Shown here: positions 40,560 through 55,790 of the stretch, piece after piece
Position numbering within the stretch: position 1 is the stretch's first letter
How the letters are laid out: the number at the start of each line of letters is the position of its first letter
DNA from: Octopus sinensis
Taxonomy: Eukaryota
Assembly (NCBI RefSeq): GCF_006345805.1
Contig: NC_043010.1
Coordinates: 53,940,001 to 54,004,000, forward strand
Length of the DNA stretch: 64,000 nucleotides
Direction of reading: 5' to 3'
Translations under genes and position numbers: made by a program
The notes under the pieces: model-generated
Seen by the model: only the letters and a program-made list of their open reading frames with translations
Told to the model about the DNA's origin: nothing
Databases searched by the model: none

Positions 40560-41875
40560 TCTTCCTTGCTTTTGCAACTAGAAGCTGTATAACAATAAGG
40601 AAGAGTTCCCGACAGCTAAGGGACAAGACTGTCCCTGAAGCTAAAGGACATGCTTCAAGACATCAGTAATCACAAGTTGACTTCTAAGTCAACAACAATG
40701 GTTTTCTTTAGAACAGAATACGACAATTGCCTTGTTTTAGAAGCTGAAGATTCTGAATCTTTTGCCGTGGAAAATGGAAGAAAGCAAGGAGACATTGATG
40801 CACCCATCCCCTTAGCAATATACATTGCTGTTGTGCACTCACAGGTATTTCAAAACTCCGAGGAGGGTATTTACATAAAGTATCGAACAGCAGGAGATGT
40901 ATTCAACCTGACCAGACTGGAATTCAACACAAATGTTTTTACTTCACTCATTAGAAAACTCTTATACGCTGATGATTGCGATCTAGTCAGTCACTCTGAA
41001 ACGGGCGTGCAATCGCTTGAATTCGCATTTGGCACAGCTTGTGAGGATTTTGGCTTGACCATCAGCTTGAAAGTAAAACAGTTGTAATGTATCACCCTGC
41101 ACGTGGTACTGATTGTAACATCACTGAAAATTTCGTTAAGAGTAAGATACTTGAGTTTGTTGACTCAATCATTTACGTTGGAAGCACTGTACAAAATTAT
41201 GGAAATATGGACATATAAATACAACTGCGAATTCAAAGGGCAGCCCAAGCATTTGATGGTTTGGAGTCACGCGTTTGGCACCAACGACATATAACAGTAC
41301 AAATTGTTTGTGTTAGCATCCCTGTTGTATTCTTCTGAAACATGTACGTTTTATGAAAGACATTTCAAATTGTTAGAACGGTTCCGCCAAAAATACCTTC
41401 AACGCATTTTAAACATTAAATGCGCCTTTTTTTTTACTCTAGACACAGATGTTTTTTTGTCTGCAGGCATCAATTCAATTAAATCAATGATTCTGAAGAA
41501 AAAAATGAGATGGCCTTACCATGTTGTTAGAATGGTGGATGAAAGCACATCTAAAGAGCTATTTTATGACTGACTATCTTACAGAGGAGAAACGCAATCG
41601 GTGTAAGGACGGCACAAGGACTACCAGGATGTCACTTGGAATTGATCCAAAGGCCACAGGAACACTTGCTTGGATGGCAAACAAAAGTGTGTGGAGTAGA
41701 GTGAAAGCGTTTAAGGCGGCTAGGATAACATATGCAAGACTCAAGAGAGGTTTAATGAGGAATATTGCGATCGGGAAGGTGAGTTTAGGGGACCATTTTG
41801 TGTGCACAATTTGTGACAGACCATGCCATTCATTCGCTGGGCTCAGATCTCATTTGCGGACCCATGAAAACACAC
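40560..41875 (+). mobile_element. RTE-clade (BovB-like) LINE remnant, degraded RT to C-terminal zinc finger
   Basis: GRKQGDIDAP, GIYIKYRTAGDVFNLTRL, LLYADDCDLVSHSE, FGLTISLK, SLLYSSETC...LERFRQKYLQRILNIK, MRWPYHVVRM and CTICDRPCHSFAGLRSHLRTH, split by frameshifts. Confidence 0.9.
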
Positions 41876-42125
41876 CTCCACCAACTATTCTGCCTATATA
41901 TCTGTACACATCTTTCAATGCCGTGTACGCAATAAGGACTGCAGTTATAACGGAAACCTCAAAAATCATTTTAAGATCCACAAAAATCAGAACCGAACTG
42001 CAGCTTTTGGTGGCCCAAATCAGATATGCAATCTATGTGGGTGTGTTTTCAATACATTTTCTGATTTAAAAAGCCTCATCAGACCCCCATATATGTATAT
42101 AATATATATATATATATTATATAAT

Positions 42126-42170
<45 letters not shown>

Positions 42171-42200
42171 TATATATACATATATATACATACATACATG

Positions 42201-42243
<43 letters not shown>

Positions 42244-42283
42244 GTATTTATATATTAATATGTATCTATATGTATATTAATAC

Positions 42284-42330
<47 letters not shown>

Positions 42331-42892
42331 TGTATGTGTCTGTGTGTGTATATATATATATGTGTGCGTATAATATATTGTATATTTATAGAAACAGATA
42401 AACCGGTCATTTTGAATTTTGATTGACTACTCCAACTCGATGGAAAAGAAACAAAAAATAAGACACAGAAGATCATACAAACAAGAACGTTTATTTAGTT
42501 AGACATATTTGACAATGAATAAAGACATAAAGAGAAATGTTTCGTAAATAATAAAAGGAAAATAGACATCTCTGACATTTAACGCTAGACTACGAAAAAA
42601 AAAAAGCTAAAGTTTTTAGACAAGGTGCCTTTCTATAACACATTTTTTCATCAACGAAAAGCATGAAAATAAGAAAAAAATCCCTTGCTAGATGTTTAAA
42701 CACATCTCCACATGACATACAACATTGAGAACAGTTGCTAACACTCACCGAAAATATATTAAAACATCTTTTTTGAAATAATATAGTTACCAAAAAACAA
42801 AAAAAAGCTTCAGAGAGTAGTAACGTTTAAAAGAGTCTGTTGTATAGTCGACTTCATTTTGTTTTCCATGTATACATTAATCATCTATCTAT

Positions 42893-43002
<110 letters not shown>

Positions 43003-43189
43003 GTCTCTCTGCCTGTCTGTTTGTCCATCTATCATACTCACATACATAAATACATAAATATGTACATACATATGTATGTGCGCGTGTATGTATAAATTTA
43101 CATACATTAATGTATGTTGATACATATATTTACACATGTGTGAATGTATGAATTTATGTATATATAAATATGTATTCATATTTAAATAG

Positions 43190-43272
<83 letters not shown>

Positions 43273-43781
43273 TATATTATTTAAAAACAGCAAAAATATC
43301 ACAAAAACTGTTACTCAGAGATTCACGTTCTCGGCGTCGAACAGCTTTTTTAGAAAGAAAACTGTATGACGAATGGGAAACTCTAAGAAACAGTTTTTGT
43401 GATATTTTTGCTGTTGTTTAAAGCATATTGCTCTACCTGTGGTATTCGAATGCTAGTTTCCACCTTGGTTCGCATATATGCTTTTACTCTGGTATTTATA
43501 TATTTATATATATATATATTTATTTACTCTCGTATATATATATACGAGGCTTTCTTCCAAGGAATCTAATGCGCTTGGCTTAGATTTTCCTTTGGGGCTG
43601 GCCAGATCGGAGCAATCTCAAGATTAATCAGCCGAAATTGTGAGGATGATCCGGTTCTTGACTGAAGATTGAAGGCTTCGAATGTCCCGTCCGTGTTTTA
43701 CGTTCTTGTCCCAGTTTGTATTTTTTAAATTTCCATATATATATGAATATATATATATATATTACATATATATTACATATA

Positions 43782-43818
<37 letters not shown>

Positions 43819-43835
43819 CATATATATTACATATA

Positions 43836-43873
<38 letters not shown>

Positions 43874-43980
43874 TATATATATATATATATATATAATCAA
43901 ATTTAGGGTAAAAATTGATATTTATCAATTAGAACCAGTAGTCTAGCATATTAAAAAAAGAATCCGAAGATTAAAATATT

Positions 43981-44107
43981 TATATATACCAATTAAGGAC
44001 TGCACACGTATGCAGTCTTACAGAATACTGAGATAGGCTTGCGTCTCTTCGCGCAGATATCTTGAGGAACTGGATGGGTGATGTACTATAGTGTGCAGTC
44101 CTTAATT

Positions 44108-44117
<10 letters not shown>
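43981..44117. repeat. Mini element with about 19-27-bp terminal inverted repeats; interior is an inverted copy of 44569-44646
   Basis: CCAATTAAGGACTGCACAC ... GTGTGCAGTCCTTAATTGG within (TA)n. Confidence 0.85.
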
Positions 44118-44157
<40 letters not shown>

Positions 44158-45244
44158 CATTCACATATATATTCATATAATATATATATATATTTGATGC
44201 ATGTATGTGTATGTGTGTGTGTGTGAGTGTGCATGTGTGTAAAGGAAGGAAATTATAAGCCCTATAGTCTATTAGTTAGACGTCCTAAAGTTATTTCTTC
44301 CGACTCTCTTTTCATAATTTTTATTTTATTTTTCTTTCATAGACAAGTTCCTTTCTACATCCTTAAACTAAACTGAGAAGAACACAGTGTATTTCAAAAG
44401 TAACTGTTTAGCAAAAACGGACAAAAATCCCATTCATTGGGTTCAATTTAAACTATTTCCTGTAAAAGCAGTATAGAAATACTGATAATATCCCATGTCC
44501 CACATAATGTAGTTTTGAAAGCTTGCAGTTTGAACACCGTTCATATATAGTTTAAACTATTGGCAATCCTATAGTACATCACCCATCCATTTCCTGAAGA
44601 TATCTGCGCGAAGAGACGCAAGCCTATCTCAGTAATTCTGTAAGACAGTTTCTTCTGCATAATATGTGTGGGCCTAATGCTGTATTAAATTTATATTTAT
44701 TTGATTGTGGCATGACATCTTTGAGCCAGACGTTACATAACTGATGACATGTTGATCTATGGTTTTAAAATTACGATTTGACGCTTTATCGCCGGTCTGA
44801 AATTTAGACGAATTTTTTTATTTATACCACACGGATAACAGTTGAATGTGATATGGCTCCATGTGAATGATTTGTGTAAAGAGTCATAAAACAGATTATT
44901 AATAATATGAAATAAATTCATATATTCACACTTACTACGCATTTTAAGGAATAAAAATGCTGTTTTGAGATTTTTGAAATAATAATTCTAAGACATATGT
45001 CTCTAAGTTGTTGTGTTAAAGCTATTGCGGAACATAAGGTTAATGTTAATGAATACAGAGTGAACAGGAAAAGATAAACACAGCAATATTTGCGGCAGAA
45101 ATAGATTCAAAGGCGTAAAAGTGCAGCGAATAAGAATGTCACAACGCGAGGCAGGAAGATATTTCTGTTTGTAAAGCGCGTAGATATACCCCGCCACTCA
45201 GCACACACATACACACGGACACAAAGATATATATTTATATATAA

Positions 45245-45598
45245 CTAGCAGCTAATCCCGGTTTCACCCGGTCTATTTGGTTGATGTGGCTGTGATCGTT
45301 TTCGGTTAGGCATAATCTATAACAGCGTTTGTCAACCTTATCATTTCGGGTCCCCTGTTTTGATTGGAGCCTCCAGCAGTATGAAAATTTCCTCACCCCA
45401 CCCCGTCAGAAAACAGCTTCTAAGCAGCTGATTATTTTAATGACAGAAGAAAGAGGGAAATTCCATTAGAAAATGTTTAATCTATGGACCTGTCTCCACA
45501 TGTGTGCCATTTTTCATGCGAATCCACCCAGCCGTTTCGCTGTGAACCCCAAGACAAGAAAGAATACAACGATCGCCTATGTCCAATTTATATTATAG
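45245..45598 (-). mobile_element. Non-autonomous Helitron (second family)
   Basis: CTAG end preceded by hairpin CCGGGTGAAACCGGG on the minus strand. The 5' end is degenerate (…TATTATAGGT on the plus strand). Confidence 0.7.
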
Positions 45599-46142
45599 GT
45601 AAATCATAGTGATGGAAAATGGAGCATATGACGAAGTTTCTTGCTAACGACGATCGTTTCGATCCATCTTGTATCGATCCCTCACGGATGGGATATTATG
45701 CAAGTCGTTGCAGTGCATCACTCAGTGCAAACGCATCTTCTCTATCATTTGTTATATAATCAACCTACACTGAGTTATTCCCGGGGCAAATCTAGTAATG
45801 ATTCTATAAATACCATGGACGACGTCAAGTAGACATAGGCAGTGAATGAGCTCATCGGCTTACTATCAGGAACGTACGCACCACTTGAATATATTTACTT
45901 ATATATATGTGTGTGTGTATGAGAGAGTGTGTATGTGTGTGTGTCTGCATGTGCGTGTCTGTGTTTGTGTGTGTGTTGTGTGTTGTTATCCACATAGTGG
46001 ATAACTCTCTAATAATTTATGTATAAATTTGTATTTTCTCCGTAGTTTTTTGTGCTAAGCCACTTGGTGTTAAATTAATGGTATTATTAAATTAATATCG
46101 ATTTTTCACCCTCATTTATAATTTTATATATATATATATATA

Positions 46143-46212
<70 letters not shown>

Positions 46213-46255
46213 AATGCATATATGCATACGTAGATGTACTAGTTACATCTATACT

Positions 46256-46287
<32 letters not shown>

Positions 46288-46855
46288 TGAATGTGGGTGT
46301 GTGCGTGTTTGTGTGAGTATAAGTTATAAGTTTGTGTATTATTCTGAACAGCAAATAATATCGTCGTGTTACATTTTTGGTTAAGTTGTGATTTTTGTAT
46401 AGAGTATCGGTGTAATTGATGTGTTTTTCATTGACTTTGGAAATCTTCTGAGTCACGTATCCTAACAAAATTTCAGTGAGTGACTGTTTTGCTTATTGTC
46501 AAATACACTTGCTGTCTTAACTAATCATATCACAATTGATAAATATCTTTCTTTTGTTTGCCAATATAAAAACGATATATAAATGACAAAAATTGCTAAA
46601 ATGTTATTAAAGAAAATAATGAGGAAGAAGAAATTTTATAAACATACACACCCACACACAAACACATCAGTCTCTATATGTGTGTATGAGCGTGTGTTTG
46701 TGTGTGCGTGCGTCTGTGTGTGCGGGACTGTATGTCTGTATAAAAAATAAATTAGAGCCATGAGGAAAAAACCAAATCGAAATACCAAATAAACGACCAA
46801 TCTTCCCCAAATTTCAAAAAAATATCTGTCGGTAATGATATGAGCGTGTGCATAC

Positions 46856-46900
<45 letters not shown>

Positions 46901-47459
46901 AATATATATATATACATATATATATATACATAAAAATCCATAAAAGTATATATATATACATATACATATATATAATGTATGCATATATATGTATATATAT
47001 ATATATACATATATATATTTATGGATTCTATATATATATGTAATATAAACTCACACAGACCAGAAAATATTCTTATATATACATGTGAATATATACATAT
47101 TTATAAATATTTATAAATATAAACACATATAACGCACCTATATGTGTGTGTACATCTTTTTGTGCGTGTATACACAATTATATTTGAATGTGTATGTTTG
47201 TGTATATATATGGATATATGTATTTATATGTATATATTCATATCTTAGCTGCTAACGTATCCTTACATATATTTGTTTGTGTTTATGATTTTATACACAT
47301 TGTCATAATTTTTTTTTCTTTAGATATTTTTGTTTATTGATTAAAGCAAAGTTCAAAGGAAAAGAAATGAAAGTATATCTTACGATTAACTTATATGATT
47401 GGCACACTAATCTTCATTGTCTGAGAATCTGTGTGTGCTCGTCTGAGTTCGCGCGTTTG

Positions 47460-47498
<39 letters not shown>

Positions 47499-47854
47499 AT
47501 ACATACATACATATATATATATATAAGTATATATGTGTATATATATAGATATGTAGATGTATATGTATATAGGTATATATATATATATATATTTATGTTT
47601 GTGTGTTCAGTTATCTATGTCATTATATATATATGCATACACCTTGTTATACAAACATTCATATATGTATATATATATACACACACACAAACACGCAAAC
47701 ACACAAATATATATATAAACATATAGAGAGAGGCAGACAGAGAGAATGAGAGTCAATTATATGTACACATTGTATAAACATACAAATATATTTATATATC
47801 TATAACTTTATCTATCTTTCTGTCTCTGTTTGTCTGCCTCTCCCTCTCTCTCTC

Positions 47855-47897
<43 letters not shown>

Positions 47898-47899
47898 TG

Positions 47900-47931
<32 letters not shown>

Positions 47932-49314
47932 TATATATATATTTATATTATATATATATGTGTATGTTATATATATATATATATCTATATATATATACAC
48001 ATATATATATATTTATATTATATATATGTGTATGTATTATATATAATATATATATATGTACGCACACATACATATGAGCTAGAGCGACGCATGCATAAGT
48101 ATATGTGTATGTGTGTCAGGTTGTGTATGTTTGTGACGGTCGTGTTCATAATGTATCTCAAAAGTTCGTTGGATTTGTTTCAATGACAAAGCATCTAATA
48201 ACATTTTTTTTAACTGATTTCTCTTTAGCCTTCCTTGCGTTCAAATCCTGTCATATTAGCTCGCAACTAATCTTTAGATTTGGAAATTAATCTCGTTGCG
48301 CGCGCAGGTTTAGCTTTGTGGTAAGGCATCTCACTTTCGAACCGAATAGCTTAGCGTTCCATCCCACTGCGAGGCACATTTTGGGATATTTTTTCTTCTC
48401 TCGTCTCGAAACGACCTAAGTGTTTTTAACGGATGTAAGTTATGGAAACATATATATTCAGTAAGCTGCTGGAAGTGAGCCGTTGATTGAGATCGTTGAG
48501 TCTCGTGTAATAGCAAGCGTATTGCGTCGTGTAAATGTTTCCTTTCCCCTGCTTCGTTATATATATATATATATTATATATATATATATAATATTATTAT
48601 ATATAATATGTGTGTGTGTGTGTGTGTGTATGTGTATATATCACGTAAGGTTAGATATGGGAGAGATGTCCTTGCAAGTTTTATACGGACACAAACTGTA
48701 GATATGTATGTATATGTAAATATATGCATATATCACCGTGATCACCGTGACCGACCAGGCTATCAGATGTTGCAACACATCGCTGGTCACAAGGCGCTTC
48801 GCATTGTTGTTTAACCTTCAAATGACGCCACCTCGCTGGCTAAGCGAGGAGGCCAATTTGCATATATATACCTATATATGCGTATATATATATATATATA
48901 CATATATATGTATGAATATATCTGTATATTTGTATTTATATGTGTGTCTGTGTGTGTGTCTATCTGTGTCGGTGTTTGTCTGTGTGTGTGTGTGTATGTG
49001 TGAATATAAGTATTTATGTGTGCATCTATATTTGATTGTGTTTGACTGTGCTTGTGTTTGTTCCCTAAGAATTTGAATGTTGGTGTTGGTTTATTTAAGT
49101 CTCCTTGATATGGTGTTGGGTTAAATGTTCCTGTACAGTTGGAGCGATTGTTTGACTAAACCTTTAAAGGCGTTGCCCCATCAGGACTGTATTACAATGA
49201 CTGAAACAAGTGAAATACATAAACACCAAACAGATGATATAAGCATTTCTCCTGGAGTCGGTGGACTGATAGCCAGAATGCTAAGTCTGATAAAACTCAT
49301 GGTTACTATTTGTT

Positions 49315-49740
49315 AAGGCGGCTCAGCTGGCAGAAACGTTAGCACGCCGGGCGAAATGCGTAGCCGTATTTCGTCTGGTATTACGTTCTGAGTTCAAATT
49401 CCGCCGAGGTCGACTTTACCTTTCATACTTTCGGGGTCGATAAATTAATTACAAGTTACGCACTGGGGTCAATGTAATCGACTTAATTCGTTTGTCCGTC
49501 CTTGTTTGTCCTCTCTGTGTACAGCCTCTTGTGGGTAGTAATGAAATAGGTATTTCGTCTGCCGCTACTTTCTGAGTTCAAATCCCGCCGAGATCGACTT
49601 TGCCTTTCATTCTCTCGGGGTCGATAAATTAAGTACCGGTTACGCACTGGGGTCGATATAACCGACTTAATCCGTTTGTCTCTCCTTGTTTGTCCCCTCT
49701 ATGTTTGTCCCCTCTATGTGGGTAGTAAACAAATAACTAT
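49315..49740 (+). mobile_element. SINE family B head-to-tail dimer
   Basis: Second unit restarts at GTATTTCGTCTG after AAATAG, as at 35776. Confidence 0.92.
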
Positions 49741-50094
49741 TTGTTTTCTGTCATTATGTGCTCATTTCAAATTAGGATTTGTGTGAATTTTTCTTTTGAT
49801 CCTCACCAGTTTTAGGAAATAATTATTGATAACGTTCAAATTGACCCTCTCACCTACTTACATTTGTGGCCTGTCTCTCTGTTAGAACTCGATATAATCC
49901 GTATTCTAACCAAACTTAGCAAGTAACTAAAAGTATGCTAACAAATGCATACCTTGTTCTGCGTTTTTTTTTTATTAATCACCCATCATATTATAAGACT
50001 TATTCTTCAATATGTGCGCTAAGTTCATTCCTTTTGAGTAAAATGTCCAAACAAGGTCAGTACTGTAGTCAATTCTTCTCCTTCTTCTTGATTT

Positions 50095-50228
50095 CTCCCT
50101 CCTCTTCCTTCTCCCCTTCTCCTCACTCCACCTCCTCATCATCATCGTCATCGTCAACCTTGTCATTTTTATTCTCATCGTCGTTATCATCATCATCGCC
50201 ATCATCGTCATCGTCATCACTCCCTTCC

Positions 50229-50259
<31 letters not shown>

Positions 50260-50345
50260 CATCATCACCATCCTCCTCCTCCTCCTCATCATCATCATCC
50301 TCATTATCATCATCATCGTCAAAGACATCGTCACCTTCTTCTTCC
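50095..50345. repeat. (TCA/TCC/TCG)n trinucleotide tract
   Basis: Direct reading; it produces the poly-S / poly-M ORF artefacts. Confidence 0.95.
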
Positions 50346-51079
50346 TATTCTTCATTTTCTCCCTGTTCTTCAACAGGTTTTTTTTTGTTTTCCTTTCACA
50401 TTGTCTAGTTACAATTCTTTCTTCTCTTAATTTTCCTGCAATTTATTTTTTCGTCGGTATTATTAAATTTGTTGTTGTTGTTGTTATTATCTACTTCAAG
50501 TTTATTATTTTTGTTTTGCTTTTTTTTTTCATATTCCTACTTTTCCCCTACTTTCTTACATTATCTACACTGCTTAACCCTACTCCAAAAGTCGTAACTA
50601 AAAACAACAGCTGCCTCTGAGCTAAGAATCACGGTATCAACGAACAATAAACATTTATATCGGTATACTTACATACACACAAAGTATAGATATATTTATA
50701 TCCATACCAACACAGACACACATACACACACACACACTTATATAATATATTTATACAATAGGATATTGTATTTCGTAATTTACCAATATTATTGATTATT
50801 ATCATTAGTTTAACTATATTGTATTTCCCATTGTGTTAAAATATCTTTCATATCTGTTTTCTATACCTCTGAGGAAATTGTATCTTGTTTGTCTGGATAA
50901 TAAAACCAGTGTCGATATAATTACGATCCCCGTTTAATAGTTCCGAAAACTCCCCATTCAATTTAGAAATACCGTACTTACAGATGTATATATGTTATAT
51001 ATATATCAATCAAACCTCATACTTCTTTTTACAGACGATGGTAAGACAAAAACATCTATAAAACAAAAATTGCTCTGTT

Positions 51080-51467
51080 CTTGTTTCAGTCATTTGACTG
51101 TGGCCATTCTGGAGCACCACCGTTAGTCGAGCAAATCGACCCCGGGACTTATTCTTCGTAAGCCTAGTACTTATTCTATCGGTTTCTTTTCCGGAACCGC
51201 TAAGTGACGGGGCCATAAACACACCAGCATCGGTTGTCAAGCGATGTTGGAGGGACAGACACATACATACAAACATATACACACACATACATATATATAC
51301 ATATATACGACGGGCTTCTTTGAGTTTCCGTCTACCAAATCCACTCACAAGGCTTTGGTCGAGGCTATAACAGAAGACACCTGCCCAAGGTGCCACGCAG
51401 TGGGACTGAACACGGAACCATGTGGTTGGTAAGCAAGCTACTTACCACACTGGTACTCCTACGCCTA
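51080..51467 (-). mobile_element. SINE family A, full length
   Basis: Collinear with the other copies. Confidence 0.92.
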
Positions 51468-52238
51468 ATTGTTAACTTCATGTATACAACTTGTCTGTGG
51501 CATTTGTTATTGTAGTAATATACAGGAAGTGTTACTTCTATAGAAGTAAATGCGGCTTATAGTTTACCGAATCTAATTTCTCAGCCTTCACTCGTAGAAG
51601 CAATAAGTCGAACTCTGACATACTTGTTGTTGATGTAATTTATCCCTTAGTCAAAGACAAGGCAAGGTGGTTATATGATGGAAGGTATTATGAAATTTGA
51701 AATATATTTGACTGCTATATTTAGCAGCGTGAAGGACCACGTTCAGATGATAGGTACTCAACACGAAAATTCATAGATATATCTATAAATGTTCTAAAAT
51801 CTACTCAGCCTTGGTTTTTTTTATCTCATTACGAACAAGATTCTTATATACACACATATGACTAACTTGAAACTCCTTATTTGTAAAATCACTGACCTTG
51901 GAACTTGGAACAATCTATAGCACTTATTCATCACTACCTGACCCATTTGGGTCTCAATGACACCATTACCTCTCATAACCTACCCATTACACAATACACA
52001 TAAATACACACACATATACACACACCCACAAACATAACCATATACACACTCACACATACAAATAATACTTACAAAACTCGATACAATCAAATACGCACAC
52101 GCACACAAATTCACACATACATAAACATACAAAAGAAAACAACATCTCTACACATAATACAATATATAAAATACTCCATAAGAAATCAGATTATCATAAG
52201 AAACACGATTAACAAAGGAGAAAAATATACATACCTTC

Positions 52239-52281
<43 letters not shown>

Positions 52282-52399
52282 ATAAGACAAAGGGAGGGCT
52301 AAAGAGCAGTTAAAGCCGAACTCCGGCGTTTTCTATATAGATACATATATATATATATATATATATATCAGAAGGTTTGGAGATGATGTACAGGTATTT

Positions 52400-52582
52400 T
52401 ATATCAGAAGAAATTAGGATGGCTTTATATTTACAGATATTTATTTGTATATGACATGTTTTTATACATCATATATCATATATTAGCGCTTTCGTACATT
52501 CTATAAAAACATGTAATATACAAATATATATCTGTAAATATAAAACCATCCGAATCTCTGAGTACCTCATTTCTTCTAATAT
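52400..52582. repeat. Imperfect fold-back, about 50-bp core arms
   Basis: 52417-52466 versus 52502-52551 are reverse complements with few mismatches. Confidence 0.85.
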
Positions 52583-52699
52583 CTTAGGGTAGCAAGAATA
52601 TTCATCGAAAAATTCTTAGTTACGAGTGGTCTAGCAAGAAAGAAAAAAATCAGTCAATAGACTATATATTATTCAAAGAAGAATACAGTGTACGTTCAA

Positions 52700-52878
52700 A
52701 CACAAAAGAGATACCCGGAGAATAGGATATCTGACTCGCTAGAATATTTTCCAATAGGATATCTGACTCGCTAGATATTTTGCAATCACTTTCGGAATTA
52801 CAACACTTGGTGGCTTGGAGTTTTAACTGCTCTTTCTAGCGAGTCAGATATCATATTCTTCGGGTATCTCTTTTGTGT
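52700..52878. repeat. Fold-back with 44-bp arms and internal tandem duplication
   Basis: ACACAAAAGAGATACCCG...CTCGCTAGA / TCTAGCGAG...GGGTATCTCTTTTGTGT; AATAGGATATCTGACTCGCTAGA occurs twice. Confidence 0.88.
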
Positions 52879-52898
52879 ATATATATGTATATGTTTGT

Positions 52899-52931
<33 letters not shown>

Positions 52932-53810
52932 ATGTATATGTTTGTATGTCAATAAATAGATTTTATTATCGCGTTTTATTGCATATTATTTACCCTAGTT
53001 GACTTAGCTCTACTGATATCTTGCTGCCGGCCTTTTAGTTTTCCTTTTCATTTTATCGACCTTTTGTATTAATAGATTTGCTTGGCACATACTCAAGTTA
53101 TAATCCTGATATGTATATCTGTGTGTGTATATATATATGTCTACATTCGTGTGTGTAAAAAAAAACATTGATGTATATACAATGCTAGCATAAACGTATA
53201 GGTGGTCGTATCCAGTGTCTAAAGTAAATATTTGATAAACAGATAGTTTATCCTGAAGCACGTTCTCAAGTTAATTCGCTTGGATTTGATTTAATATTGT
53301 TTTAAGAATTCATTTAATTCCATCTTATTTTTCTGAATTTTTCAAAAAGGGGCAGGTAACAGTACTACTGACCTCTGAAATTGCTCCGAGTCTATTCACA
53401 TCGATACCGCTGATACCAACATCATTTTATTTTTTTACACTTTTTCGAATTTTTTATTTGAATTTATATTGTCTAAACTTATATAAAAAAATATAGCATT
53501 TAATTTAATTTTGTATTTATCTATTTCACTGTATATCTATTTCTTAGTATATCCATTTATATATCATATTTGCTATAAAGAGCGATGTATGTATTTGTAT
53601 TTGTTTTGTTATTCCCCGTTGTGTCTAAAAATTTATTTCATTAATTTAATATAGATATAATTTATTGAGATCTTACATACGTACATTCATGCACACACAT
53701 GTAAGAAATTATGTGTATATATATATATATATATAGTAATATATATATATATATTTATAATACATAATATATATATATTTTACATATATATATATATATA
53801 TTTATATTAT

Positions 53811-53940
<130 letters not shown>

Positions 53941-54269
53941 TTCTTTATAACAATCCCATTAGCCAAGCCTTCATTTCCTATTTTTCCTTATAACAATAAT
54001 CAGTAGGGAACCTTATTCCTTATGGTTATTTATTTATTGTCGTTTCTTTTGTGCGAATTCTTGGTGTAGTCCATTGTTCATAGAACACTTCATATTATTT
54101 ATTTAGCACCAATGTACGTTAGAGCCATTCCTTGTCGATACTTAATCCTACCTTGTACTATGGATATCAAATTTCAGCACAAGACCAGCAGTTTCAGAGA
54201 TGGAGGTAAGTCGATTACATCGACTGCAGTGTTCCACGTGTGCTTATTTCATCGACTCCCAAAATTTGA

Positions 54270-54450
54270 AAGTTTTATACACACACATACATATATATAT
54301 ATATATACATATATATACACATATATATTACGGGCTTCTTTCAGTTTCCGTCTACCAAATCCACTCACAAGGCTTTTGTAGGCCCGAGGCTATAGTAGAA
54401 GACACTGAACCCGGAACCATGTAGTTGGTAAGCAAGCTACTTACCACACA
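54270..54450 (-). mobile_element. SINE family A 5' half
   Basis: Head and first body segment only. Further degenerate fragments occur near 7570, 27730, 28343, 37170, 37430, 48303 and 49140. Confidence 0.75.
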
Positions 54451-54849
54451 ATAATTGATTTCCAATATAGCCACAAAGCCCGAAATTGTAGGATTTAGGG
54501 ATAGTCGATTAAAATCAACCCCAGTATTTGACTGGTACTTATTTTATCAAGATCCAGAAGGAAAAAGGGCAAAGTCAGCCCTACACCTATAAGAATTATT
54601 TTCCCTGGTACTGACATATTTCTTGTTTTTAACATTATAAGTATTTACGATATGCTTCCTCCAGACGAATGACACAGTTTCCAACATTTCTACAGTATAT
54701 GTGCATTAGATATTATATACAGACTACTATTTAAATCTAATACTGCTTCGGGCTAAAATAACGAATTAACTATTATTGTACTTCGACATTCTGCTTTGTT
54801 TTACTTAGTTAAAACAATATTTTACGCTTATTCATATCATTCATCATTA

Positions 54850-55067
54850 TTGGGTTGTTCGGAAAGTTCGTACCGATTTATAGTACCTTACCTTTCAACG
54901 TATTTTAGAACATGGTTGAGTCCATAAAATAGGATTTGACTACACCTCCATTTAGAGCAAAGTGTAAGCTATCGTTTCATATTTTATTGATTAAAAATGC
55001 AATGGCAAGTGTTTATTAATCTTATGCTTCTCTATAAAAATCGGCACGAACTTTATGGACAACCCAA
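54850..55067. mobile_element. Mariner (Tc1/mariner)-derived MITE / internal deletion derivative
   Basis: About 30-bp imperfect TIRs TTGGGTTGTTCGGAAAGTTCGTACCGATTT / AAATCGGCACGAACTTTATGGACAACCCAA, with TA on both sides. Confidence 0.85.
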
Positions 55068-55379
55068 TATTTTTATTTTCTATATTCCTCTTTCTAGTCT
55101 ACACAAATAGTACCAATCATCTTTAATATTATTTTCTTCTGTTTATAAATCAATTATTTGATAAAAACGATAAGAACCTTACAATCATCATCTATCTGTA
55201 ATGGTAAAATGAATCATATTTTGATAATAAAACTCAGTAATGTCAATCACAGTGATGAAATATTGGCAGAAATGAAGTTCATAAGAGCCCTTATTCAAAA
55301 ACGTATTCGACATTTGGCACTTTAATGTCTTCGTAAACTTCTTGGTTTTACGCCACCCTTCCCCTCCTTCCATCCTCCA

Positions 55380-55420
55380 CACTACTACTACTACTACAAC
55401 TACTACTACTACTACTACTA

Positions 55421-55465
<45 letters not shown>

Positions 55466-55790
55466 CACTACTACTACTACTATAACTACTACTACTAATA
55501 CTACTACAATCACTACTACTACAACTACCACCACTACTACTACTACTGCTACTGCTCCTGCTACAACTACTGCAATTACCACTACCGCTACTACTACTAC
55601 TACAACTACTACTACTACTGCCACTGCTGCTGCTACAACTACCGCTACTATTACTACCGCTACTACTACTACAACTACTACTACTAATACTACTACAATT
55701 ACTACTACTACAACTACCACTACTACTACTACTACTACTGCTAATGCTGCTGCTACAACTACTACTACTACTACTACCATCACAATCATT
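55380..55790. repeat. Compound (CTA/CTG/CAA)n trinucleotide tract
   Basis: Direct reading; it produces the poly-V ORF artefact. Confidence 0.95.

Noticed and set aside
45610-45760. Short plus-strand ORF MEHMTKFLANDDRFDPSCIDPSRMGYYASRC...
   Set aside because: Under 50 codons, no splice donor, no recognisable motif.
49935-50408. Poly-Ser 157-aa ORF (and antisense poly-Met/Arg ORF)
   Set aside because: Trinucleotide repeat artefact with no flanking splice or domain evidence.
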